Below, in pieces: positions 1 through 16,773 of a stretch of 64,000 nt of DNA (the first letter of the stretch is position 1; each line of letters opens with the position of its first letter). The stretch covers positions 197,345-261,344 of the forward strand of contig NW_005434621.1 in assembly GCF_000315625.1 (NCBI RefSeq), given 5' to 3'. The stretch comes from Guillardia theta CCMP2712 (lineage: Eukaryota; Protista; Cryptophyta). Made by a program: the position numbers and the translations under genes. Under the pieces are notes generated by a model. It had not been told where the DNA came from. It saw only the letters and a program-made list of their open reading frames with translations, and ran no database searches.

Positions 1-15
1 GAACAAGGAAAGGAA

Positions 16-113
16 GAGGACGAGGACGAGGACGAGGACAAGGACGAGGACGAGGACGAGGACGAGGACGGTGAAGGGGACGGGGACGAGGACGGGGACG
101 GGGACGAGGACGC

Positions 114-146
<33 letters not shown>
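16..146. repeat. (GAGGAC)n microsatellite
   Basis: Read directly from the sequence. Confidence 0.95.
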
Positions 147-147
<1 letters not shown>

Positions 148-198
148 TAGGCAGAAGGAAAAAGAACGAGAGAGCAGGAGGAGATCTTCTGAGCCTAC

Positions 199-490
199 CA
201 TGGCATCGAACTGGCTGCCAGTAGAAAGGAGTGGGATGTAGAAGGATTGGAGCTTTCCTCGCCTCTTGTGCTCCGAGAAGAGATGGAGCAACTGTCGGCG
301 AGCAAGACAAGAAGAACAAGCATCACGTTACCAGGCGATCAGTAAACTTGACGCACCTGCAGTATTTTGTTCTCTCGAGAGGTCGATAGCACGTATCCCA
401 CCCTGAGTTGCTTCTGCGAGGAAAACAGAATAGCTCCAAGCTCCTGATGTTTGTATGGCTGAGCTGAATCAGAGATGTCAGTGGAGGAGG

Positions 491-543
<53 letters not shown>

Positions 544-1384
544 GAGCAGTGTGATGTTTGTGCTGACCATGCTTGAGGTGAGGTAAAGAGAGCTGATGCT
601 TGGCATGCGATTCCAGCAGCTTCTTGGCGATATCCGCGTCCATGTGAGTTTTCTGCTCTCTGGTTAGTGTCATGAAATCAGGGAGAGTGTGTAGAAGTCA
701 CGTTTGAAGCGAAGGAGGAGGAGGGGAGGAAGGAGGAAGGGAAAGAGGAAGAGGAGGAGGAGGAGGAGGAGGAGGGTGTCTTGCATCTACATCTCATCTT
801 CCATCATGCATGCATGTTGCCTCTCATCTACAACATTACCTGCATCATATCCGCGCGGATCGCTGACGTCATGTTGCTTGCAGCGCGACGGAGGGAGCTC
901 TCGATGATCGCTTGCAAGGATGCGTCTCTGTTCTGAGGAGAAAGTCAGGTCCTTGCCTCCTGTCTGCCATTTGTGATCCTGCCTCTTCCTCCTCTCTTGT
1001 GGACCCCAAGATCGTTCCTGTCCTGTCCATCCCTATTCTTGCAGTCCTCTCATCTCATCTCATCTCATCTCATCTCATCTCATCTCATCCCATCTCATCC
1101 CATCTCATCTCATCTCATCCCATCTCATCTCATCTCATCTCATCTCATCTCATCTCCGCTCCGCCCCATTTCACCTTCCAAATCCCCTGCGACAAGTTGG
1201 CATACAGGTAAAGGTGGCGAATCTCCAATGTCTTATCATCTCCTTCCTCCGACAAAAGTTTGCGGAGAATATCTGCCGCCCTGCAAAAGACTCATTCGCC
1301 TCCTCCTTGAAATTCTCGTGCTCCTCCCTCTCCTGTCCTCCTCGTCCTTATCATCATCATCATCATCTCCATCATCTCCATCAT

Positions 1385-1477
<93 letters not shown>

Positions 1478-2677
1478 GCTTGTACTCCCCCTCCTCCTCC
1501 TTCTCTTCTTCCTCCGCCTCAAGATCCCGCCGGGCACGCCGCTGCCACGCGGCCTGGCCCGGGGCCCGGGGGGCCCAATGGTACTAAGTTGTTAAGTAGA
1601 CAAGACTGCCAACAGGAAGAAAAACTGCAGGGTAGGACTCTGGTACATTCTCTAGACGCGGGACGGGTTGATAATTGATCCCTCGATGAGGCCGGCCTAT
1701 GATAACTACCCAATGAGCTTCCTCGGGATTTGATGTCAGGGACTTCGGAGCGCCTCCCACAGCAGTGCGGAGCTAACGATGAGATCGTTATATTAGGAGA
1801 AGATGCTGATAGCTTTGAAATAAGTGCAACGGGATCTGAATCCGGANNNNNNNNNNNNNNNNNNNNNNNNNNNNNNNNNNNNNNNNNNNNNNNNNNNNNN
1901 NNNNNNNNNNNNNNNNNNNNNNNNNNNNNNNNNNNNNNNNNNNNNNNNNNNNNNNNNNNNNNNNNNNNNNNNNNNNNNNNNNNNNNNNNNNNNNNNNNNN
2001 NNNNNNNNNNNNNNNNNNNNNNNNNNNNNNNNNNNNNNNNNNNNNNNNNNNNNNNNNNNNNNNNNNNNNNNNNNNNNNNNNNNNNNNNNNNNNNNNNNNN
2101 NNNNNNNNNNNNNNNNNNNNNNNNNNNNNNNNNNNNNNNNNNNNNNNNNNNNNNNNNNNNNNNNNNNNNNNNNNNNNNNNNNNNNNNNNNNNNNNNNNNN
2201 NNNNNNNNNNNNNNNNNNNTCCTCCCTCCCCTCTGCTCCCTCCTCCTCTTCCTCCTCCTCCTTTCTCCTCCTCCTCCTCCTTCTCCTCCTCCTCCTACTT
2301 CTGGTCCCCCTCATACTGCTGCTGCTCCCCCTCCTCCTCCTCCTCCTCCTCCAGCTGCTGCTTCTCCTCCTCATCCTCCTCATCCTCCTCCTCCTGCTGC
2401 TGCTACTGCTGGTTATGCTCCCCCTCCTTCCTCCCTACCTACCTACCTACTTCCTCCTGATCCTCCTCCTCCTCCTGATCCTCCTCCTCCTCCTGCTCAC
2501 CTGTCCCACTTGACAGACAGTCGCTGCTTCCTTCTTGAAGAACTCAGAAAAAGTTCGCGCAGCTTTGGATGCCTCAGGCCATAGCACAACCGCAGACACG
2601 GTAGTCGAGGATCGGCCTTCGAGAATTTCTGCCGCCCAACAGCTCGCAAGCAGCAAGGAGGCTACTTGGATCATCAT
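199..2677 (-). CDS. Hypothetical multi-exon protein, possibly secreted; interrupted by an N gap and running off the left edge
   Basis: Signal-peptide-like start MMIQVASLLLASCWAAE at 2677. GT-AG-bounded exon-like blocks at about 1175-1280, 840-935, 570-660, 358-465 and 199-292, separated by microsatellite introns. No recognisable domain, reading frame not pinned, linkage across the gap unproven. Confidence 0.35.
493..543. repeat. (GAGCAC)n intronic microsatellite
   Basis: Read directly from the sequence. Confidence 0.95.
1046..1155. repeat. (CATCT)n microsatellite
   Basis: Read directly from the sequence. Confidence 0.95.
1351..1474. repeat. (CAT)n microsatellite
   Basis: Read directly; it produces the spurious poly-His, poly-Ser and poly-Met ORFs. 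Confidence 0.95.
1847..2219. other. Assembly gap (N run)
   Basis: Run of N. Confidence 1.
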
Positions 2678-3311
2678 CGCATAGCCAAAGAGCTTGCTCC
2701 CTCTCCTCCTCTCTCTCCTCCTTGCTGCTCCTCCTCCTCCTCTCCCCCCCCTTCCCCTCCCCCTCCTCCCCTCCCGCCCACCATGATGCTCCCCGACAGC
2801 ATCATCACCTACTGCGACCACCCCCGAAATCAAGACCCCTGCCTCTGTTTTCACTACCGGGTATTCCTATGTGATTTATTCTAAAATAAACCGGTAGATA
2901 AATTAGACCACCCACCCTCGAAAAGGCAAGCGGCCCCGTTCCGCCTGAGCTCACATCTGAATGGGGAAGGAGAGAGAGGAGGAGGAGGAGGAGGAGGAGG
3001 AGGAGGAGGAGAGGGAGAATTGAAGGAGAAGAAGAAATCATGCAAGTATGGATAGGTATGTTTGCATGAAATGGTCAAGGAAGTCAGACACGTAAGGACG
3101 CTGTTTGGTGAGAATGGTTCCAGCCACGTCGATGCGACCGAAGGTCGCAGTTTCATGATGAAGAGGACGATAGAAGAGAGAAAAGCGAACATGTAGGCTG
3201 GGAGAAGGATGTTAACAACTGCTGAAGGAAGGAGAGAGGCAGGAGCTGCAAGCATCAGCTTGCTGTGCTCCACTTGGACTGATCATCCTTCAGATGTTGG
3301 ACTCCAAAACA

Positions 3312-7577
<4,266 letters not shown>

Positions 7578-7826
7578 AACTGCACAGAGTCGCAACAGCC
7601 GTCGGTGACTTGCTGCTCCGATGAGCTTCGGGCAACTGGAGGGAGGGGCACACACGGATTGAGCAAGGAAGGAAGAGGAGGAGAAGGGGAGGAGGAAGGG
7701 GGGGAGAAACGTTGAGAGTGAGGGAGGACAGGATGGAGTAAAGTAAGCTTGACTCCTTCATTGCTCCTCAAAAACAACATTGCACAACTTCGTGATAAAA
7801 ATTCGGAGATGAAAACTTGTCACAAA

Positions 7827-9276
7827 TCACGAGATGGTGCAAAGGTGAACCGTCACAAGGACCGCCTGTTGCTCAGGCGTCAAGTCGTGAAGCTCCTTGA
7901 CTGTAGCTTGTGTGCTTCTATGGCTGACACCGACCAGAGGCCTCCGTACCAAGTCCACAAAATAGACAATCCCTGCGTCGTCATCAATAACAACCAACAC
8001 AAACAAGAGCATCATCAACATCAACATCAACATCCCAAACACCTCCTCAACCTCTTCCTCGTCCTCCCCCACCTCCTTCATCATCATCGTCACCACCACC
8101 ATTACAATCAAAATCACCATCGCTATCGCGATCATCAACTGAATCACGATATCACATCATCACAATCTCCATCATCTTTCAAATCCTCTTGACCCCCTAC
8201 TCCTACCTTTGAATCGCCCAGAGAGCCTCTTCAAATCAATCCGCACGGTCGATCCTTGGGGCCCAACGATCATGCTTTGGATCTCTTTCATTGACTTGCT
8301 CCCGCACCGTTTACAGTCCACTGCTCTGTACGTGACTCTCCGTCCTCAAAATGCGCGACAAGTACAGCACCTGCTATGAGCTCGTCCCCAACACGCACGC
8401 CATTCTTCGCTGCATCGCTGCGAGTTCCGTCTTGTCAGTGCCAGCGGAGGAAACAAGCGAAAGTCATCTCACCTGTCCGGTAGGACATCCTGCACGAGTC
8501 TGCAGACCAACCCTGCCGAGCGCGATGAGACGAGGAGAGGAGGAGCAGGGGGGACGAGGGGAGACGAGGGCATCTACCAGTGCTCTTGTCGACTTTCTCA
8601 TGAATCAAGAGCCCCACACCTGCGCAAGCATCTTCTCAGCGTTCGTATCCGATTGACTTCCAGTCACGTCACCGGCGCGGACCTCCTCGTCTCGCTTCGG
8701 AGAGCGGGTTTCGCTCTCGCTAAAAGAACCATCCTGTTCTGCATCTGCAAAGACTGTCGAAGCACTGGAGTGCATGGATGGGAGGCTGGAGGTGTTGGAG
8801 CCCGTGTAGGCTGCAGGGGAGCAGCACGAATCAACTCTCGCTGCTTTCAAGATGTGCTACGCACCAGGAAGCGACAGAGTTCGGCCAGAGCTCTTCCCTT
8901 CGTAGTTTGGCTGGTAGGAAGAAGCCAACCTGGAGTTGATCACAAGACCTGGAAATGAGATTAGAGAGATGGCAAGGCAAACATTCTTGCTACCATGGCC
9001 CACCACCGGACGTGGGATCACAGGTTTGGGGAGATCTTGAGGTTTCAGCGGAAGCTCCGGAAAGCTGTAGGTGCTGGAACCAGAAGCTGGCCTTCCATTG
9101 TAGGGATGGTCCAACTCCTTTGGCGAAAAGTACTCCATGCTCGAAGTCGTCCTTCCCTTGTTCGAGTAGTACTCCAGATGCGACGCCGCCTTTCCCTTGG
9201 GCGAGTAGTACTCCATGCTGGATGCGGCCCTGCCGTTGTTGGGTGCGTGATATTCTTCAGCAATAACGTACTCCAT
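7827..9276 (-). CDS. PDZ-domain protein with N-terminal (M/L)EY(Y/F)SxK repeats; ends approximate
   Basis: Spliced exons read GVGLLIHEKVDKSTG..LVQDVLPD..SDAAKNGVCVGDELIAVDCKRCGSKSMKEIQSMIVGPQGSTVRIDLKR, matching the PDZ pattern (GVGL..AA..G..GD.L.AVD..I.GP.GS.V.I). Confidence 0.7.
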
Positions 9277-10713
9277 TCTGGATCGCCTGCACAGCCACCA
9301 TCAGCGCCTCTTCATCAGCATACTATCCTCGCACTTGCAAACCAAAAAAGCTGAATCCGCTTCTTTCACAAGAACTACATAGGCGCAAGGAGCAAAAAAT
9401 GAGGTATATGTAAGTATGAAAATTGAGGAAATTATGCACTTCAATGATGTGTTGCGCAAATTCTGCGAGGAGAAACCATGATTGCATGGAAATCAAGGAG
9501 ACGCAGACAAGACTACAAGTCCTGGAAGTACAACGCGCAATGCAACATTGTGAACTGATGGAACTCATACCTGCTCCTATCCTCCCTATCTACCATGCCA
9601 TTGTCTTTCTCCATGCATTTTCATCTGACTCTCTTCCTCTCATCATCCGCTTCTTCTCATTCCCTGAGGTGCATGTTGTTGGACCGAGTTCTGCCATGCC
9701 TTTGGCCACTTCTTGTACCCCCCTTTTTACCACCCCCTGTTGGACCCACCTAATGTGTACCTCACCACCTACCACTGATCACATACCCAAGTCGTCCTAC
9801 CCCACCCACAAACATCCCATTTTACTTTACTTGTACCCACCCTGTACCGGAGAAAAATTGCCATCACCCCAACTTCTTCAATGCAAAAGGGGGGTTTTGA
9901 ATATACCCCTACCGGTCTCTACTAGTACCCCACCCTGCTCCAGGAGTGACTTTGTGGAACCCACCCCTGTAGATGTTTACAAATGAAAAAAAATCCACCA
10001 CCCCACCCTAGATCAGAGCGTTGACCGTACTTTGCCCGGGTCCTCGAATAGACACATCCCCATAGCAACCACCCCTCCTTTTCCCACCCCATCCTACCGA
10101 TACCACCCCACCAATGCCTCTCTGATTTTCGGAAACGAACTCAGTGAACCCAAACCAAGTACCCACCTTATCTTTTGATCCATATTTGTCGTAAAAGTAG
10201 GGGTACTCTGGTTCATATATGCCCTCAATTGTCCTACCACCACCACCCGCCAAATCCGTCCTCTACCCTACCCCAAGTCCAAGATTGTGATCACCCCTCC
10301 CTGCAAGACCTGTACCCAAAAGTCACACCCACCCCACCCTCGTCAAGAACCGAGTCGGTCCGATTGCTGCCCCCTACACCCACCCCGACAGATGATCTAG
10401 TACCCTCCAGTTTTCCAGATTTTGGCGTTGAAAATACCCCTTTGTAAATACCCCTACCCCCTCTCTCGGAAACATTCGGGACACCACCCGTACTGCAGAT
10501 TGCAAATTTGGTACCGAGGGAGGGGGTGGGGCCACAACTTTGACTCCCGACTAGGGATCAGTTTTTACTCAAGTGATCATATTGACCCGGATGCGTGGCT
10601 AGCCACAGGCACGGCGCCGCACTCTGCGGTCACCCGGCAGTGCGGCCCCGGGGCCCGGGGCAACGCCGGGATTTGAGTAAAGATCATCCGTGACGGTATG
10701 ACAGATTGTCGCC

Positions 10714-10800
10714 GCTTTACTCAAAGTTAAGTTAAAAATAAGTACGAGGACGATAAGGAGATGAGATCGTACTGATATTTAACTTAACTTTGAGTAAAGC
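10714..10800. repeat. 34-bp inverted repeat with a 19-bp loop (hairpin, MITE-like)
   Basis: GCTTTACTCAAAGTTAAGTTAAAAATAAGTACGA (10714-10747) pairs with 10767-10800 with 2 mismatches. Confidence 0.9.
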
Positions 10801-11241
10801 ACATGGACCGGATGATTTGATAGTCTCTGAAGGGGTAGGGGGGTACCTCGGCACTGCAGGTGTTTTTTTGTCAACCTTGTTTCAGTTACGCCACAACATT
10901 GTACCCTACCCTTTGACCAAAAAAGTACCCCACCCTCTGTGAAGAATCTTCAACTTGCTAGTACCCCCACCCCCCGTGCAACATGACTCGAATTTACCTC
11001 CGCCCTACACCCGCCCAGGCAATGCAGTGCCCTGTGAAGGAGCTGATGGACGGGGGCAGATGAAGAGGGGAGGGCAGGGAGAGGGGAACAGTGAAGGCAG
11101 CAGCAAGACGTTCGATCCCGTCAGCACATTGCTACCGTCAGAGTAGAACGCTGATCTCATCTGTGTTGCTGCGGCAGAAACCCTTTCCAACTCTTGTCCG
11201 CACTCACATCCAGCAAACGGACTGGAAACGTTGGAGGAACC

Positions 11242-14200
11242 ATGGCAGCTGTGTATGTGGCTACCCGGAAGGGACGAATAAGGGGGAAGAAAGCGGCTTC
11301 CATCCCTACCATTCAGTTTCCTTCCGAAGAAGACAGCATCCTCATCGCAGAGCTTCACCGGCAAGTCCTCAGGTATTCTTGTCCTCCTCTCCCTTTCAAT
11401 CCCGTGACTGTGCAATGCCGCGACAGCACCATCGGAGACACATGGCAGCGCAGGAAAGTTTGTCTGAGCAAGGACAAGCTTCTGCTCGGAAAAGTCGGAG
11501 CGATGGACGTGATTGACTACATACCGCTGGATGAGGTCATGGCCGTCGTGTCCAAGACAGCTCCATCAGAACAAACAGAAGACAAGTCCCATAACCAAGG
11601 AGAGAAGAGGGCCAGCATCAAGCGATCGACAACTCTGAGGATAGACGACGTGAGTCTGCCGCGAGAGCCTCTCTCTACGTCCGCTGTTTGATCATGAGCA
11701 CAGGACGAGCTGGACGAGAAGATCTTCATCATCACGACCATACCCGAGGGACACAACTCGGGCAAGTCGACAGTGCTGCTGGCATCGAGCAAGGATGAGC
11801 GAGACACTTGGGTATGGAGCATGATGGTGGAGAGGAGCTAAAGGTGTGTGTTTGAACAGATCACAGCTATCCACCAAGCTGTCAAAGTCTATCTCAAGGA
11901 AAAGCTACGGCAAGGAGAAACGAAGCTAGAGAGGCGACAGAGGCAGCTGAGAAGAATCTACTCGAGCACAGCAAGTCAGCTCTTCTTCTCGGCTGTGATC
12001 ATGGCGTCTTTCATTTGCGCCATCCTGTCGGCGCAGCTGCAGCCTCCAGACGGCTCGCAACAAGCGAGAGCGTTCAGAGCCTTGGAAATAACCTACACGT
12101 GCATCTTCGCATTTGTACGTACAGCAGGTGAAGCGAGGGGTCGCTGACGAGGGAGGTAGGAGCTGGTAGTCAACGTGCTGAGCAACTGGTACTGGCCGTT
12201 CGTATCGGACGGGTGGAACATCCTCGGTGAGGAGGGACGAGGGTCTGGGGAGTCATCTGACATTGTAGGGGCGACGCGCATGGGGATGCAGACTTCGTGG
12301 TCGTGATGATAACTGTTCTTTCGGAGATCATCCAAGGGGTGCCTGGGCTGAGCGCGCTACGTCTGATTCGTATCTTCAAGATGATACGAGTGTTCAGGTG
12401 GGGAGAGATAGAGTAGCAGGAGCAATGCGAGGGAGAGAGCAAGAGAGGGAGAGAGAGGGAGGGAGATGGGGGAAGAGACGGGCGTAGGTAGGGGCGCAGA
12501 TGTGACAAGAGGGACGAGGATAGCGACTGACTTGGAATGCGGCGGGACAGGATGCTCAACTCGTTCCGCGTGCTGATCAACGCCCTGTCGTCTTCGGGTA
12601 GGAAGGGAGCAGGCGGGCATGAGAGGAGAGAGCTGACGAGGGGACGCAGTCATTCCTGTGCTGAACGCGTTCTGCATCTTGCTTATCTTCACGTCGATCT
12701 TCGCGATCATCGGGACGAACGTGTTTGCTGGGAGGAGCGAGGACTTCTTCGGGAACTTTTTGAAGTCGATGTTCACCCTCTTTCAAATGGCAACGGGAGA
12801 CTCCTGGGCGTCTGCAGTGACGCGGTCGCTGTTTACTGAAGATGAACACTCCAACTTCTGGGCAAGTGGAGGTCGGGGAGAAGGGAAGGGAGGGAGCTAA
12901 GCTTTTGTGCGGACAGACGGCGATGTACTTTGTGGTCTACATGCTCATCGTCAACGTGGTGAGGAGAAAAGACTAGAGACCATGGCGAGGAGTGAGCAAG
13001 AGAGCCCAGGTGCTGATGAACATCGTGGTGGCTGTACTGCTGGACGAGTTCATCTCGACGGTCGAGCGAGAGCGCAGCGAGAAGAAGGCCAGGAACGAGG
13101 AGACCCTCGTGAGACATGATCGCCCTACATGAAGGGAATAGGAGAGACTGAGACTTGCTGTGCTGTACAGATCGGACTCGTGAGGGAGTTTCACGCAAGA
13201 GGCCCGCTGGACCCACTGGTGACAAGCCTGATGGACTTCTCGACGCTGGAGGAGCTGTCGTTGAAGATCTTCCAGCTCTATCAGGTCGCTCAAAAGCTCT
13301 CGAGCGTCTTGTGGGCTCGCGGACTCACACGTGTGGGAGCAGAAGATGGACCTGGACGAGTCCGGGTCAGTCAACCTCGAGGAGCTCAACTTCGGGCTCA
13401 AGGTAAAGCAGAGTAGAAGGAGCGAAGGACGTAGAGGAACGGAAGAGGAGGAGGAGGAGGAGGAGGAGGAGGAGGTAGACGCTGACAGGCGGGTACATCA
13501 GAAGCTCAAGCTGAGCCCTCCCGTGACGCTGACGGAGGAGGATTGGGACGCGATCACGGACTCCCGGAAGCTGCTGAACTCGCAGGAGGAGCTGGGGCCA
13601 GAAGAGTTCGAGACGATGATCCTGACGCAGATGTCGAACTATGTGCATCGCAAGGTAGAGGGAGGGGAGGGAGAGGAGAGGGGGAGAGGGGAGGGGACGG
13701 GGAGAAGGAGGGGAGGTGAGAAGAAGGGGCTAACGGAAGGCGAAGGTTGCTACGGCGATCAAGAACGAGGCGCAGGAGTTCAACTACGACGTCCTGTTTG
13801 CAATCAAGTCGCTGCTATTCTCAGTGGACAAGATAGACAACCCGATCTTCAAGTCGAAGAAACAGACTCCACGGAAGTCGAAGAGGGAGATCTTGAAGAA
13901 GCTCTTCAACTCTCCTGTTCACAACGCTTTCTCGCACTGGAAGTCGACTGTGACAATTGCAAACTCTTTGCCAGAGACGAAGTATGCGAATCTGGAGGAG
14001 ATTCACGTTTGCATTCAAAGAATGGAATCTACTCTGAGCAAGATCGTCTCGGATCCTTCCCCAGGTAGACCCCAGGACCTTCACATCCTCCGACTCACCG
14101 ACGCCGTGGAGAAGATACAGTCGTCCATGTCGCGGCACGACGACACCTTGAGAAGGATAGAGGAGAAGATGTCTCGGATGGAGAGGCACGGGAGCGAAGG

Positions 14201-15145
14201 GCCCAAGCGGCCGCATGGAGGAGCGAACGGGGGAGGGCAACGAGGAGAGGAGGGGCAGTCGCAGGTGGGGACGATGCTGGGGTCAGACATCATCGTGGTA
14301 GGGAAGGGCAAGCAGGAGGAGCGAGAGGAGGTCAAGCTCCAGAGCTTGTCTCAGCTGACAGCCAAGAAGAAGATGGGGAGGATGCAGAAAGTTCACTCGA
14401 TGCCGATCCATTCAGAAACCCCGAAACACGAGAAGCTCAACGGGAGCAGCTCAGCCGTCTACCCCGGACCCTCGCAAGCTTCGCCGCAGTCCTCCAAGAG
14501 ACTTGACAAGTTCCTTCCCAACGGGGACCCTCCCGACGGAGATCGCCCGAGGCTTCCGGCCGAGACGTGCAGGGGCAAGGGAGACTACGTGAAGCTGTCA
14601 TGGTTCGAGCTGCCGGTCAACTTCGACTCGCTGCGATCGTCGAGCATCTTGCGGCGGGAGCNNNNNNNNNNNNNNNNNNNNNNNNNNNNNNNNNNNNNNN
14701 NNNNNNNNNNNNNNNNNNNNNNNNNNNNNNNNNNNNNNNNNNNNNNNNNNNNNNNNNNNNNNNNNNNNNNNNNNNNNNNNNNNNNNNNNNNNNNNNNNNN
14801 NNNNNNNNNNNNNNNNNNNNNNNNNNNNNAGGAGGAGGGGGGGCTGGCGGTAGAGCGATCGTCGTACGTGGACGTGCACTCGCGGGACGGGACGGGCTAC
14901 AGCCGCTTCTTCCAAGCGAGGTAGGAGAGAGAGGGAGGGAGAGGGAGGAGAGGGGACTGATGAGGAGGCGCAGGAGGGAGGGAGAGCAGGCGACAGGGGC
15001 GATGGGGAAGACTTTGACGGGGAAGTACGTAGGGGGGAAGCTGAGGGTAGAGGAGGAGGGGGGGGAGGTGCGAGAGGTGGAGCTAGACAGGAGCATTCAT
15101 CAGGCGATCAGCAAGATCCGCGTGCTGAGGTTTGAGAGACAATGA
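11242..15145 (+). CDS. Single-domain (6TM) voltage-gated cation channel with N-terminal PH domain and C-terminal EF hand, copy 1
   Basis: PH-like region WQRRKVCLSKDKL..IFIITT..LLASSKDERDTWITAIHQAV. S2-S3 FELVVN..GWNILDFVVV; S4 LRLIRIFKMIRVFRML; pore FTLFQMATGDSWAS; S6 LMNIVVAVLLDEF; EF hand DLDESGSVNLEEL. Contains the gap 14662-14829. Confidence 0.9.
14662..14829. other. N run inside channel copy 1
   Basis: 168 N, the same length as the matching stretch of copy 2, so the frame is kept. Confidence 0.95.
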
Positions 15146-16354
15146 GGAATGGAGGGGTTAATTACTTGAACAAGTTTTCTTTCTCATCAAGATTGAAAGG
15201 CTTGATTGTAAGACGAGGACTAGGATTGTAATGCCCTGACTTCACTGTCAAAGTTCTATGAACTTTCATTAATTTTCTATACTCGACTTGCCAGCTCTCA
15301 CACAAGCGATATCAACACCGAATTTCTCCATTCCTGTCTCCTCCAGCTACTCACCTCAACATCGATGTACCGATCTTCCGCTTACATTTCATCCGATCTT
15401 GTCATCCGATGGTTCAAAAGGCGTTGACTGCTTGTTCCAGACGATCATGTTAGAGTCGATCTGCTCCGACCAGCACCAGCGGCGTCAGACTTGCAAGTGA
15501 CCGCGCGAGGGTCCTGGCGGTCAGTTGGCATCCGACCCTCTTCAAAGGTAGAGCGAGTGGCCAGGTCGTTGCTGAACTTGTTGTGATCGACTCTGCCGTT
15601 GATGTCAAAGTTTCACATCGGTCAAGGTTCTGCTGATGAAGAAAACATGTTAGGGGTTGACAATCCTGTCGATCTCGTAGTTCATATCAAATCATAGCTG
15701 TCAGCTCAACTTCCACGCACAGATAGTTTCTTGCTAGTAAGAGCCAAGTGCGTTGGGGGCAGTATAATCCTGTTATTGATTCTCGTTCAACCTGATCCCC
15801 TCATGGACAAGTTCATCCTTGTTCGAGGAATTCGATACATCTCACGTTGAAAGAAGATGCTTCCTTTATCTGCAAATAATTCAGGCTCTTGTCCTTTGAT
15901 TCGAAGCTTCTGAGTCTGTCATGGTTGACGGATAGATTCCCCCTTCACCAAAGGCTTCACTGACATCTACCAGTCAGTTGAGATGTGACGCGTGTCTTGG
16001 TGTATTAAGAGAAGGGAGAACATTTCATACGATTGACTTGTTGACTTGTATAGATGAAGAAGACCACAACGACAAGCTTCAGGTAGCTGTTGAACGACTA
16101 CACAGCAGGGACTGCTTTAGTTTGTTCAGTCAAACTTCACAAGATGCTTTCCGGCTATCCGCTGACAAGGTCGGAGAACAGCAGCCAGATCAGCGACTTG
16201 GTGTAAAGAGAAAGGCAAGTGCAGCGCAGCGTAGCAGAAGCAGGAGCAGTGCATGTGAAGATAGAGGGTTGAGACCACAAGGCCGAACCAAGGTTGGACC
16301 CCCTATCAGATCACTCGAGGTAGAGGAGAGGAGGTTAGCAGTGAAGGAGGAAGA

Positions 16355-16434
16355 AGCGGTAGAAGGGATCAGACTTGAAAAGAGTCCAGGGAGGAGCGGT
16401 AGAAGGGATCAGACTTGAAAAGAGTCCAGGGAGG
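16355..16434. repeat. 40-bp tandem duplication
   Basis: AGCGGTAGAAGGGATCAGACTTGAAAAGAGTCCAGGGAGG twice. Confidence 0.95.
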
Positions 16435-16773
16435 GAAGGAGGTAGAGGATGAGGAAGGGGACAGCAAGGGAGACAGCAAGGGAGGGAGGAGGAGAAAGAG
16501 TAGGGGACGGCAACATAGGGAGAGAGCAAACAAACGATAGAGGAAGAACGAGCAGGTTTGTTGGCTAGAATCGTGAAATGCGAGCTGTAGGGTGAGCAAG
16601 CAACGTTGAAGTGAACTACTAATGATATCGAGACAGCTAGTATCAAGGAACAAATTAAGAAATAATGATCCTGCATGACTATTCAACGCCCTCCTCTTCT
16701 CATCATAGTAAAGCGGTTGCTATAAAAGCAACGTTCTGAACAGTCCTTGAGAAGACAAACTCATCCTCTGATC

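Noticed and set aside
973-1678. Poly-His, poly-Ser and poly-Met ORFs
   Set aside because: Translations of (CAT)n and (CATCT)n microsatellites.
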